NCBI GenBank assembly: GCA_038064875.1
Contig: JBBTSC010000001.1
Coordinates: 379,004 to 443,003, forward strand
DNA: 64,000 bases
Direction: 5' to 3'
From: Patescibacteria group bacterium
GTDB lineage: Bacteria > Patescibacteriota > Saccharimonadia > Saccharimonadales > 2-12-FULL-41-12
In this document: in pieces, positions 1-12,338 of the stretch
How positions within the stretch are numbered: position 1 is the first letter of the stretch
Layout of the letters: the number at the start of each line of letters is the position of its first letter
Notes under the pieces: generated by a model
Told to the model about the DNA's origin: nothing
What the model saw: the letters and a program-made list of their open reading frames with translations, nothing else
Databases searched by the model: none
Program-made: the position numbers and the translations under genes

Positions 1-962
1 GATGCTATAAGCTCACCTACAGCCTTGTGAGCATCAGCTGAGAATTCACCAAGCTCATTCATGTTACCTATAACTACGATTTTTTTTGCTTGATCTAGTT
101 CGTCAACATAATTCAGTGCCTGAACTACTGCGTCAGGACTAGCATTATAAGTATCATCGATCACGAGGCTACCGTCTTTGCCTTTAAGTTTTTGCATTCT
201 CCCGGGCATCGGCAGGACCGAGCTAACTCCATTTTCTATCTGCGAATCTTCCAAACCAAGTTGCTTTGCTACCAAAGCTCCTGCAGAGAGACCATTCATT
301 TGATGTTTTCCTGTTAGATTTGTCTGGCAGGCCAGAACCCTGTTGCCGATAAATATGTTGACATTTCTTCCCTCTGTAACAAAATATGCATCCGCCCTGT
401 CATCCGGACCAAACATTTTAAAATCATTTTTAATTAAATCGCCAAATCTTTTTGCACTACCGCTGTCTATTATCAAATTTCCAGCGAAATCTTGGATACT
501 TAACTCTTCTGAAGCCACGGAGCGAACATCATCAAAGTTCTCCATATGCTCCTCTGAGATATGAGTTACGACTGCGATATCTAGCTTGAGATATTTTCCA
601 AACTCAGCAATTTGCCCAACACCGTCTGTCCCAAGCTCCAGAACAACTACGTCATGCGGATAATCTTTGATCTTTTTATTCATTTTTATAAATGTCGCTA
701 GCCAACCGAAAGGATTCAAAAGAGAAGGTAATTTTAAGTCAAAGAACACTAATGGCACAGTGGTAATGTCGTTGTAGTTACCGTCTTGCCATGCTACGGA
801 GTATTTCTGGTCCAATATTGTTGCGATCGCTTTTTTTGTGCCGGATTTGCCGACACTTCCAACCACTGCGACAACTTTAAGATTGGGTTTCTTGGCAATT
901 AATTTCGCAACCAGAAAATATTCTATCCTGACTACAACTGATTTGAGTAATCTCTTTAACAC
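1..962 (-). CDS. Mur ligase family protein, MurF-like (N-terminal part; gene continues past window start)
   Basis: Own translation from GTG at 962 gives VLKRLLKSVVVRIEYFLVAKLIAKKPNLKVVAVVGSVGKSGTKKAIATIL... The GSVGKSGTK stretch is the Mur-ligase P-loop. Later motifs are LVIDDTYNASP and NELGEFSADAHKAVGELIAS. The frame is open to position 1, and the ORF is absent from the track because it has no in-window stop. Confidence 0.7.
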   Translation of the reverse strand, partial: MLKRLLKSVVVRIEYFLVAKLIAKKPNLKVVAVVGSVGKSGTKKAIATILDQKYSVAWQDGNYNDITTVPLVFFDLKLPSLLNPFGWLATFIKMNKKIKDYPHDVVVLELGTDGVGQIAEFGKYLKLDIAVVTHISEEHMENFDDVRSVASEELSIQDFAGNLIIDSGSAKRFGDLIKNDFKMFGPDDRADAYFVTEGRNVNIFIGNRVLACQTNLTGKHQMNGLSAGALVAKQLGLEDSQIENGVSSVLPMPGRMQKLKGKDGSLVIDDTYNASPDAVVQALNYVDELDQAKKIVVIGNMNELGEFSADAHKAVGELIA

Positions 963-976
963 ATTATCTATTATAA

Positions 977-2902
977 CTAATTTAGTGCAGTTTTAGCGTA
1001 TTGCTCCCCGGAGGACTGAACAGCTACTAGAGTATACCCTGTGCAACTTTCATTCTGGCACCCTGCAGGAGAAACAGCATATGAATAGACATTTTTAGCC
1101 GGAACGGCAACTAGATCATTCGAATTTCCTGCCGGGTCCTGAAGACCTGCTAAATTAAACTGTGGGAAATTGGCCTTAACCCAGTTATCATCATTCAGGT
1201 TTTGAAGAGTTGGATAATAGCCGTTTTCGGCATAGTATGCCTCAAGCTGACCATATATGGCTTTTATATCTGTCTGTCTTTCCGCATCATCTGCTCGAGC
1301 ACCTACAGGTGTTGCAACTGAGGGAGTAAGTACGCTCGGGTCGACACCCAAGAGCTTCATGACTTCTGTGATTGGTATAGCACCTGCTGGTTTTTCTACC
1401 TTGATCTCACCGGTGTATGGGTTAACATCTAGGTTGTATGATAACTTGCCAGTTGAATCATCACTACCGCTAAAATTAGAGCTACCTTCTAGCTTAAAGT
1501 TCGAAGTCTTCTTGTTAGCAGTTATTTTGATATCGGTATTTGATTTACTACTCTCTTCTTCTGTGACTATCTTTACGAACATTGGAATTTCATCACCTTT
1601 TTTGTATTCTTGACCAATTTCTAAGATATTTTTTGTATTTTCTTTGTCAGTTATTTTGACCTTGTAGACCAGCTTTGAACTTTTATCAACCCAAGCATCA
1701 AATGACTCATCGTCCCCAATCCTGTCTATCTCTTTGTTTGTTGACTCAATTGCATCTTTCTTTTGCTTATCAATATCTTCTTGCTTTGTGCCTTTGTTGA
1801 CCTTCTTCATCAAATTACTTGAATACGCTGCTTCTGTTATAACTTTGTTGTATTCTTTCAGGTTAGCTTTGTTGACTTTTACTGTGTAGTGGTACGTCTT
1901 TTTGCCATCTACGGTTTCCTTACCGATGAACTTTTTGTTTTCAAAAACAGCTACCTTAGCGTCTGTGCCAAAAACTCGTTCCACTGTTGGCTGACTGAGT
2001 TTGTTAGCGAGATCACTGATGTCTTCTGGCTTTACAGGATCAAATTTTTCATCTGGCGTAGAACTCTGAGCTACCAATTGCTGGAATAGAGTGTGATTCA
2101 CCTCGATCCACTTACCGTCAAGTGACTCCAGCTGGGGAGAACCGAGGAAAGGAGTAACTGTTTTTAGGCCTGTTACCTGGAAATACACGTCTGGAAATTC
2201 ACTGTTATCTGGAATAGTTGTGTTGGCTTTTGAGCTAATTTTACCAAGTGGTGAGTTGATTTCGCCTTCAAAAATTGCATTTTTAGTATCAGCTTTGAGA
2301 TTCATCTTACCGTCTGCATTTATCTCTTTAGATTCATATTTAAAGCTAGCAGTGGCTTCTGTTTTCTCAATTTTCTTTAAATATTCTTTATTTGTGTAGC
2401 TATCCACAGTCGATTTAAACACTTTTCCAGTTCTACCCATTGCAGACTTATAGACATTTTCTGGTTTGCTCGGCACAACTAAACCAAAATATACCCCGAG
2501 ACTAGCTACTATCAGAAAAGCAACTACGCCAATTATCAAAAAGGGTAACTTTGACTTACCTGGACCCCCGGCACCAGCTACTACTGGGGGGAGGTCATCG
2601 CCTGCTGGTCTGTCCTGCTCTACAGGTTGGTCAAATGAAGGCGAGACAGGCGCCTCTACAGTTGGCGCAACTACTTGTTCCTGCAACGGATCAGTATTTA
2701 GGGGAGCAGGGTCAACTGATACCTCAGGTACCGCGGGAATCTCAGGCTCTGTTGGTACTTCTGGTGTTAGGTTTTGATCTGGCGAGATTGTTTGCCCAAT
2801 ATTAACCGGTATTGATACACCCTCTGGTGGGCTAGTTATTCCATTATTCTCCTGAGCTGAGCCAAGTGGATCAGTTCCATTTTCGTTATTCATAAAAGTC
2901 AT
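977..2902 (-). CDS. Membrane-anchored protein: Pro-rich N-terminus, one TM helix, large extracytoplasmic region, C-terminal type IV pilin-like globular domain
   Basis: 641-aa ORF. TM helix is LPFLIIGVVAFLIVASLGVYFGLVV. The C-terminus RADDAERQTDIKAIYGQLEAYYAENGYYPTLQNL...PAGC...C.GYTLVA resembles the region just after the N-terminal helix of Gram-positive/CPR pilins. Confidence 0.55.
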   Translation of the reverse strand: MTFMNNENGTDPLGSAQENNGITSPPEGVSIPVNIGQTISPDQNLTPEVPTEPEIPAVPEVSVDPAPLNTDPLQEQVVAPTVEAPVSPSFDQPVEQDRPAGDDLPPVVAGAGGPGKSKLPFLIIGVVAFLIVASLGVYFGLVVPSKPENVYKSAMGRTGKVFKSTVDSYTNKEYLKKIEKTEATASFKYESKEINADGKMNLKADTKNAIFEGEINSPLGKISSKANTTIPDNSEFPDVYFQVTGLKTVTPFLGSPQLESLDGKWIEVNHTLFQQLVAQSSTPDEKFDPVKPEDISDLANKLSQPTVERVFGTDAKVAVFENKKFIGKETVDGKKTYHYTVKVNKANLKEYNKVITEAAYSSNLMKKVNKGTKQEDIDKQKKDAIESTNKEIDRIGDDESFDAWVDKSSKLVYKVKITDKENTKNILEIGQEYKKGDEIPMFVKIVTEEESSKSNTDIKITANKKTSNFKLEGSSNFSGSDDSTGKLSYNLDVNPYTGEIKVEKPAGAIPITEVMKLLGVDPSVLTPSVATPVGARADDAERQTDIKAIYGQLEAYYAENGYYPTLQNLNDDNWVKANFPQFNLAGLQDPAGNSNDLVAVPAKNVYSYAVSPAGCQNESCTGYTLVAVQSSGEQYAKTALN

Positions 2903-2981
2903 ACTCCTCGGATTTTAAGCTTAAACATTATATAAGCTGAATTATATAGGACTAACAGTCTAAAAACAACTAGTGGTTAGT

Positions 2982-3872
2982 CTATTGCAAGGACTGAATT
3001 TTTTGTGAAAGCTGATCAAATGATATTGGCTGTTTTGGAATGCTAATTTTTCGATATTGACCGTAGGCACCATACTGCTCAACGCGTTGACCACCAGCGT
3101 AATTAATTTCACTTATCTGACGAGAAACCAAATCAATCCTGATATCGAGCGATATTGGCTCGTTACTAAGACCTTCGCTATCAAGCTTATCAACATCGAT
3201 ATAACCTGTCTGACCTGCATAATATTTTATTGATTCTACTAAGTTTTTTGGCTTAACTTTGATTACCATATTGGCTACTAAACGACCGTTGTGGCTCTTT
3301 GTAGAATAGCTGTCGATTGCATAGACGTCTTGGCTTAGGAGCCTTTGCATCACCTTGTCAGCTTGATCATCAGGCAAATCACCAAATATAATCACACTAA
3401 AGAGGGCATCATTATAAACACTTGGTTTTTGTCCTGACGCTTCATCTTCTCCTACCTTTGCCCAGACACCTTCAATATCTTTTCTCTTTTGATCTGAAAT
3501 CTGAGGGGACTGTATTTTGTTGTATCTAATATAATCTGCGTTCTTAAGCCCTAAAACCTCTGTTTGAGTATATGCCTGCTGATCACCTTCACCCCTTTTT
3601 AGCTCGTATTTTGAAGCTACACCAAGTGATGGGCTGAATCTAAGCGCAATAGTTTGCTTACTATAATTGCCCTCTTCTTTTTGTTCAATAATTTTAGTAA
3701 CACTCTTTGTTTGTAAACTATTTCTGAGAGCTCCTTCAAAGACTTTATCCGGGTCAGTAAGAATATACTTCCAGTAGCCAACCGCGCTGATAAGTAAAAG
3801 TAGTATAGACAAGGCAAAGACTGTTTTGATTGATACTTTTGAGACTGACTCTAGTAAATTGATTTTTTTCAT
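2982..3872 (-). CDS. Hypothetical N-terminally anchored protein
   Basis: 296-aa ORF with the N-terminal hydrophobic segment VFALSILLLLISAVGYW. No recognisable catalytic motif. Confidence 0.5.
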   Translation of the reverse strand: MKKINLLESVSKVSIKTVFALSILLLLISAVGYWKYILTDPDKVFEGALRNSLQTKSVTKIIEQKEEGNYSKQTIALRFSPSLGVASKYELKRGEGDQQAYTQTEVLGLKNADYIRYNKIQSPQISDQKRKDIEGVWAKVGEDEASGQKPSVYNDALFSVIIFGDLPDDQADKVMQRLLSQDVYAIDSYSTKSHNGRLVANMVIKVKPKNLVESIKYYAGQTGYIDVDKLDSEGLSNEPISLDIRIDLVSRQISEINYAGGQRVEQYGAYGQYRKISIPKQPISFDQLSQKIQSLQ

Positions 3873-3891
3873 ATTTCTCCCGAATTTAGTT

Positions 3892-3968
3892 TGGTGGAGA
3901 TACAGGGATTCAAACCCTGGACCTCAGCGCTGCCAGCGCTGCGCTCTAATCAGCTGAGCTATATCCCC
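3892..3968 (-). tRNA. tRNA-Ala (anticodon GGC)
   Basis: The reverse complement GGGGATATAGCTCAGCTGATTAGAGCGCAGCGCTGGCAGCGCTGAGGTCCAGGGTTTGAATCCCTGTATCTCCACCA folds as a cloverleaf. It has the G3:U70 Ala identity pair, anticodon loop CTGGCAG and an encoded CCA. Confidence 0.9.
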
Positions 3969-4016
3969 TCAACCATTGGTCATTATTATAACATAATGTA
4001 CTTTTGATAGTTATTA

Positions 4017-7638
<3,622 letters not shown>

Positions 7639-7650
7639 CTGCCTATCCTT

Positions 7651-8523
7651 TTACGCCTTGGTTCCCATGCTCCTTAGGCGAGCAACACGATCTTCAATAG
7701 GTGGGTGTGTGCTAAAAAGCCCCATTATTGAGTTCTTAGAAAGTGGATTCGCAAAAAAGAGATGAGCTGTTGACGTATTTTGTTTTTGAAGATTGCTTCC
7801 GTGCTGTCCAATTTTTTCAAGAGCACTAGCCAGACCTTCTGGATACCTTGTGGTTAGTGCGCCGGTAGCATCTGCTAGATATTCACGCTTCCGCGATATA
7901 GCCATCTGGATCATTACTGCTACAAGTGGCGCAATAATAGCAGCCAAAATACCGACAATGACGAAGATACCATTTCTATTATCTGAGTCTCCTCTGAACC
8001 AAAAAGCATGCATGATCACATCCGCCAGGACAGATATTACTGACACTAGAGCAAACGCGTACATTGAGACTCTAATGTCGTAGTTCTTTACATGTCCAAG
8101 TTCGTGAGCCATCACACCCTGCAGTTCTTTGTCGTCCATCATTTCAATAAGCCCAGTTGTTGCGCAGACAATAGCATGTCGAGGATCCCGGCCGGTAGCA
8201 AAAGCATTCGGCGCTGGGTCATCCATAATATAAACCTTCGGCATTGGCAGACCTTCTGTAATTGCCAGATTCTCGACTATCCTGTAAAAACGCGGATTGT
8301 CCTTCTTTTCAATTTCCTTTGCTCCATTGACAGCTACTGCCATTTTGGCACCAGCAAAATAGGTGATCAGTGCGTAGATCAAACAACCTACTAAAACGTA
8401 CGGTGTTATGTAACTTGAACCAAAATATTGCGCCACCAGCCAAGCCATCGCACCAACGAGCAGAATGAAAAATATAAATATATAAAAGGTCTTACGCTTG
8501 TTTTTAGCTATCTCTGAGTACAT
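7651..8523 (-). CDS. htpX: Zinc metalloprotease HtpX (M48 family)
   Basis: HELGHV zinc-binding motif, four TM segments, and a conserved C-terminal STHPPIEDR. Confidence 0.9.
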   Translation of the reverse strand: MYSEIAKNKRKTFYIFIFFILLVGAMAWLVAQYFGSSYITPYVLVGCLIYALITYFAGAKMAVAVNGAKEIEKKDNPRFYRIVENLAITEGLPMPKVYIMDDPAPNAFATGRDPRHAIVCATTGLIEMMDDKELQGVMAHELGHVKNYDIRVSMYAFALVSVISVLADVIMHAFWFRGDSDNRNGIFVIVGILAAIIAPLVAVMIQMAISRKREYLADATGALTTRYPEGLASALEKIGQHGSNLQKQNTSTAHLFFANPLSKNSIMGLFSTHPPIEDRVARLRSMGTKA

Positions 8524-8531
8524 GGTTTTGG

Positions 8532-9098
8532 CTAGAACTTAACCTCTGTAGGTTTTTGTATAGCTTCATTTTCTTTTTCGTCTACTTCAAAGAATTCTCG
8601 TTCTTTAAATCCGAGCGGTCCAGCAAAGATAATGTTCGGGAAAGTCTTGATCTTGATGTTTAGATCTCTTGCAGAACCGTTATAAAATCTCCTGGCTGCT
8701 TGGATTTTATCCTCGGTATCAGTAAGTTGTGCCTGCAAGTCTAGAAAGTTCTGATTTGCTTTTAGGTCTGGGTAACTTTCTGCGACAGCAAATAGACTCT
8801 TTAGAGCACCACTGAAAATATTGTCGGCTTGAGCAGCTTCCTTGACTGATCCACCACCTTGTAGCGCTGACCCACGTTCTTCAGTTACTTTCTGTAAGGT
8901 TTCTGCCTCGTGTTTGGCGTAGCCTTTAACGCTACTTATCAGATTCGGGATTAAGTCATATCGTCTTTTTAGCTGGACTGTAATATCGCTCCATGCTTCG
9001 TCAACTCTGACTTTCAATTTAACAAGTCCGTTATAAATCCCGATTAGTCCCAGGACCAGTACTACGGCGATTATTCCTAGTATTACAATTAGCGACAT
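8532..9098 (-). CDS. lemA: LemA family protein
   Basis: 188 aa with an N-terminal TM helix. Typical LemA stretches are present: WSDITVQLKRRYDLIPNL and ARRFYNGSARDLN. Confidence 0.85.
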   Translation of the reverse strand: MSLIVILGIIAVVLVLGLIGIYNGLVKLKVRVDEAWSDITVQLKRRYDLIPNLISSVKGYAKHEAETLQKVTEERGSALQGGGSVKEAAQADNIFSGALKSLFAVAESYPDLKANQNFLDLQAQLTDTEDKIQAARRFYNGSARDLNIKIKTFPNIIFAGPLGFKEREFFEVDEKENEAIQKPTEVKF

Positions 9099-9161
9099 TT
9101 CCCCTCCTTATTTTCCAAATTTGTAAATATATTTTAGCACATATTGTGCGTGTAAAACAGC

Positions 9162-9249
9162 TGGTGGGCGAGGAGGGACTCGAACCCTCAAGGTTTATTC
9201 AACCAACGGATTTTAAGTCCGTCGCGTATACCAGTTCCGCCACTCGCCC
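9162..9249 (-). tRNA. tRNA-Leu (anticodon UAA)
   Basis: Reverse complement reads GGGCGAGTGGCGGAACTGGTATACGCGACGGACTTAAAATCCGT...GAGGGTTCGAGTCCCTCCTCGCCCACCA. It has a long variable arm and anticodon loop CTTAAAA. Confidence 0.9.
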
Positions 9250-9263
9250 TGAGTGAGATATTT

Positions 9264-9337
9264 TGGAGGCACGGACGAGATTCGCACTCGTGTAGGCGGT
9301 TTTGCAGACCGCTGCCTAACTCCTCGGCCACCGCGCC
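9264..9337 (-). tRNA. tRNA-Cys (anticodon GCA)
   Basis: Reverse complement reads GGCGCGGTGGCCGAGGAGTTAGGCAGCGGTCTGCAAAACCGCCTACACGAGTGCGAATCTCGTCCGTGCCTCCA. Anticodon loop is CTGCAAA and the discriminator is U73, as expected for Cys. Confidence 0.85.
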
Positions 9338-9348
9338 ATAAAAATATC

Positions 9349-9423
9349 TGGTGATCTCACGGGGAATCGAACCCCGATTTTCAGGATGAGAACCTGATGT
9401 CCTAACCGTTAGACGATGAGACC
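9349..9423 (-). tRNA. tRNA-Glu (anticodon CUC)
   Basis: Reverse complement reads GGTCTCATCGTCTAACGGTTAGGACATCAGGTTCTCATCCTGAAAATCGGGGTTCGATTCCCCGTGAGATCACCA. All four stems pair and the anticodon loop is TTCTCAT. Confidence 0.88.
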
Positions 9424-9676
9424 CTACCTGTTAATATGTTAAAATTCATGCCGATTATCCTGGGGATCCTGATACCCTAAATTTGTCCGCCAATTAGGTC
9501 GCAAACTTCTGTAAATTATATCATAGGTTACTTCTGTATATACACAGTCGCTAATAATACGTTCAAGTATAAAGTTGTATTATGTACAATTTTGTTGACG
9601 AGTATGGTAAAATTATTGACGTAAGTGGGCATATAAGAAATAAAAACTTAAACTATATTTATAAAAACATATTGTT

Positions 9677-10630
9677 ATGATCGAAATGATGAACAGAACT
9701 ACTGAATTAAGAGTTGGTACGCATGATGGAGAATTTCATGCGGATGAAGTGCTCGCTATTGCATCCTTGAAAATTGCAGCCAGTAAATCTGAAGGGCTGA
9801 TTATCCCTGAAATTGAAGTGGTGCGTACAAGAGATCCTGAAGTTCTCGAAACCTGCGATGTTCTAGTAGACGTAGGTAGCGAATATGACCCTGCTCGTAA
9901 CCTTTTCGATCATCACCAAGAAGGTGGAGCCGGAGAACGGAGCAACAAAATACCTTATGCGTCTCTTGGTCTTATCTGGAAAGAAGTCGGACCCACCGTT
10001 TGTGATGATTCACAAGACTGTGCAGACTTCGTTGATGAACACTTAATTCAACTTATTGATGCCTACGATAACCACTTCCCATTATTCAAAAAGGGAGATA
10101 TCCCTCATGTAGGTGATCTTTTGCCTGGAGTATCTATCACCAACAACAACTTCTTGCCCGGCATGACCGAAGAAGAGAAATTCAACGAAGCACTGAGAGA
10201 CGGGCGGAAATTGATCTTAGGGCACGCATCGAGAGCGGTCGCTATGCACGAGGGGACTCCTGAAATACGTGAAGCGCTTGAAAATGCTCCTCAGCCAGAG
10301 ATAGTATTGCTACCAACTATCGAGGGTGTTCGATGGCAAGCAACACTACCTGATATTTCTGAAGAGGCACTTCTGGTCGTACAACCAGACAGTGGAGGAA
10401 CAAGATGGGCAGTTCGCACCGTGCCAAAAGACCCTAACAGTACTGATATGAGAATACTGTTGCCAAAAGCATGGAGAGGCATAGAAAACTCAGAAGAAAT
10501 CAAAAGAGTAACTGAAGGTATTGATAACGTAACGTTCATCCACCCTAAAGGATTTTTTGCAGCAACAACCACCCAAGATTCAGCTATGGAGTTGGCAGAT
10601 AGAACTGTCGAACTCGCTCAAGCTGCCTAA
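9677..10630 (+). CDS. MYG1/UPF0160 family metal-dependent hydrolase
   Basis: N-terminal signature VGTHDGEFHADEVLA, then DVGSEYDP...FDHHQ, typical of the MYG1 family. Confidence 0.8.
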   Translation: MIEMMNRTTELRVGTHDGEFHADEVLAIASLKIAASKSEGLIIPEIEVVRTRDPEVLETCDVLVDVGSEYDPARNLFDHHQEGGAGERSNKIPYASLGLIWKEVGPTVCDDSQDCADFVDEHLIQLIDAYDNHFPLFKKGDIPHVGDLLPGVSITNNNFLPGMTEEEKFNEALRDGRKLILGHASRAVAMHEGTPEIREALENAPQPEIVLLPTIEGVRWQATLPDISEEALLVVQPDSGGTRWAVRTVPKDPNSTDMRILLPKAWRGIENSEEIKRVTEGIDNVTFIHPKGFFAATTTQDSAMELADRTVELAQAA

Positions 10631-10673
10631 GATTAAATTTGATCTAGTCTGATCGAAGCTCCAATTTTATTGA

Positions 10674-11465
10674 CTAACCCTCAACAGGATCACGTGTTGT
10701 ACACCCTGGGATAGCTACTTTTGACTCATCATAGATACTACTGTCTCCACGGTACTGCTCCCAGGATTTCTGAAGAGCAGTTATTTTTTTAAGAGTACTG
10801 TCTTTTATCGAATCATCCAGATAGTCAAACGGGCAAACATGTGACGGAGGATTCCCGCCTTTGAGTACCCCAATCTCTACTAACCCCATACCTGCATAGT
10901 TCTTGGCATCATAGTCGCTGACTTCAGCTATCACGTCTCCAGCCTTCACTTTATCGCCCTTTTTAACTTTTACATTTATGACATGCTCTGTTTCAAATAT
11001 TAGCTCACTGCCTTCACCCTTAACCATAACGCTGTAGTCGTTGCTGTAAAGTTTTGGTACATCAAATACTTCTCCATCGACTAGTGAGTGAACTTTAGTG
11101 CCTAGTGGCAAGATAAAGGTTGGTTGCGGATTCTTCTTTGCAGGTCCAGCTGAATTTGCCGGTACTTCAAACCCATAGTCAAAGAATAAACGACTAAATT
11201 CTAGTTTTTCTTTGGTAAAAACAAAATCACCAGCCCTATTAGTTGCTGGATCATATTCATCCAAATTTACCCCTAGATGCTTGATTTTAACTTCAGACTT
11301 CTTTGCAACTTCTTCGGTATTTGATGTTGTGCCCTGACCATCTTTATTATCTTTATTCTTGCCTACTACAAAAAATCCTGCGCCAGCAATAGCCACAATA
11401 ATGATTATTACAATGATCAGTTCTACTAAAGCGAACCCATTTTGTCTTTGTTTTATATCTATCAT
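10674..11465 (-). CDS. Prepilin-type N-terminal cleavage/methylation domain protein with a C-terminal M23/LytM-like (possibly degenerate) domain
   Basis: Class III signal QNG|FALVELIIVIIIIVAIAG. The C-terminal half PLGTKVHSLVDGEVFDV...TEHVINVKVKKGDKVKAGDVIAEV resembles an M23 peptidase core, but the terminal HxH motif is not evident. Confidence 0.55.
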   Translation of the reverse strand: MIDIKQRQNGFALVELIIVIIIIVAIAGAGFFVVGKNKDNKDGQGTTSNTEEVAKKSEVKIKHLGVNLDEYDPATNRAGDFVFTKEKLEFSRLFFDYGFEVPANSAGPAKKNPQPTFILPLGTKVHSLVDGEVFDVPKLYSNDYSVMVKGEGSELIFETEHVINVKVKKGDKVKAGDVIAEVSDYDAKNYAGMGLVEIGVLKGGNPPSHVCPFDYLDDSIKDSTLKKITALQKSWEQYRGDSSIYDESKVAIPGCTTRDPVEG

Positions 11466-11596
11466 ACGTTTAATTGTAAATTGCTTATGCTATAAATGCA
11501 ATCAATCAAAACGAGCCAGTTTTTACATCGCCAGCTCTTTTGTAGTTAGCTATTAGTGCAATATATTTGACTTATTAAAATATCTAGCTTAGGAGT

Positions 11597-11977
11597 TTAG
11601 CCTTCGACAGCCACCTCAAATCCTCCGTATGCCATTTGGCTCATCTCAAAGGGCGATTTAAAGTCACTTTGTTCACTGTAAGCTTCGTCCATCTCTTTCA
11701 TCACTTTTTTATTTACCTCATCACGGTGTTCCTTGGATTCAAAAACGATAAAAGAGAACCATACGTCGTCCGCATCTTCTGCGCCAGCCATTTCGCTAAA
11801 AGAACGTGATTTCTCTGGCCCCATTTCTTGTCGTTTGAGGTCATCACCTTTACATTCGAAGTATTGGAGCGCACCATGGCGTGTCCAAGAATCTCGCCCT
11901 TCTTCTGCCATTTTTTTATATTCTTCCGCTTTTCCTTTTGGTACGACTAATATAAAACCATCAACATATTTAGACAT
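11597..11977 (-). CDS. DUF1428 (YbaA-like) family protein
   Basis: 126 aa. MSKYVDGFILVVPKGKAEEYKKMAEEG...HGALQYFEC matches my memory of the DUF1428 N-terminus. Confidence 0.7.
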   Translation of the reverse strand: MSKYVDGFILVVPKGKAEEYKKMAEEGRDSWTRHGALQYFECKGDDLKRQEMGPEKSRSFSEMAGAEDADDVWFSFIVFESKEHRDEVNKKVMKEMDEAYSEQSDFKSPFEMSQMAYGGFEVAVEG

Positions 11978-12150
11978 CTAAAATACCCTTTCTAAATTAT
12001 TAATATTCTTCAATAAGTTTAGCACCTGAAATACGGCCAACAAAAGAAAATGCCTCGAACAAAATCGAGAATCTTTCTTTGGTGCTGCGTGTGAGCGAAA
12101 GTTACCACGAAATCAGGGATGAGATACTTCGCTGGAGAGATATTTTAATT

Positions 12151-12189
12151 GTTCCTTATCAAGGGTACTTACTCTCCTGAGCTAACTGG
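12151..12189 (-). pseudogene. Decayed tRNA-Gly-like 5' fragment (D-arm plus anticodon-arm remnant)
   Basis: The reverse complement CCAGTTAGCTCAGGAGAGTAAGTACCCTTGATAAGGAAC aligns by eye to tRNA-Gly(GCC) residues 6-44. TAGCTCAG is identical and ACCCTTGATAAGGAAC matches ATCCTTGCCAAGGATG at 11/16. No acceptor-stem partner or T-arm follows. Confidence 0.35.
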
Positions 12190-12219
12190 AGGAGATGAGG
12201 GACTTACATATCCACACTG

Positions 12220-12291
12220 TGGAGGTTACGAGAGTTGAACTCGTTCTGTCGGGTTTCAACCCGCCGTGCTAACCGTTAACACTAAACCCCC
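12220..12291 (-). tRNA. tRNA-like gene with non-canonical anticodon loop (type undetermined, possibly a pseudogene); no encoded CCA
   Basis: Reverse complement reads GGGGGTT TA GTGT TAACGGTTA GCAC G GCGGG TTGAAA CCCGA CAGA ACGAG TTCAACT CTCGT AACCTCC A. The acceptor (7 bp, one G:U), D stem and T arm all pair. The anticodon stem gives only 4 Watson-Crick pairs plus a G.A, and it closes a 6-nt loop (TTGAAA) instead of 7. Confidence 0.5.
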
Positions 12292-12338
12292 CACACTATG
12301 GACATGATTCAATAATAACCCTTTTTGCCATCAATGGT

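Noticed and set aside
9430-9676. Promoter for the MYG1 gene (several TTGACG hexamers).
   Set aside because: None of the TTGACG copies has a convincing -10 hexamer at 16-18 nt spacing, so no call was made.
12060-12220. SRP RNA, tmRNA or another known structured RNA in the 360-bp gap before the island.
   Set aside because: I could not find the SRP helix-8 motifs (GGAA tetraloop with AGCA/GNAR symmetric loop). I also found no tmRNA tRNA-like ends or tag ORF. Only tRNA-like fragments and weak hairpins are visible.
12220-12291. Reading the tRNA-like element on the plus strand.
   Set aside because: In plus orientation the acceptor stem acquires an A.C mismatch where the minus orientation has G:U. 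The anticodon-loop defect remains either way, so the minus orientation is preferred.
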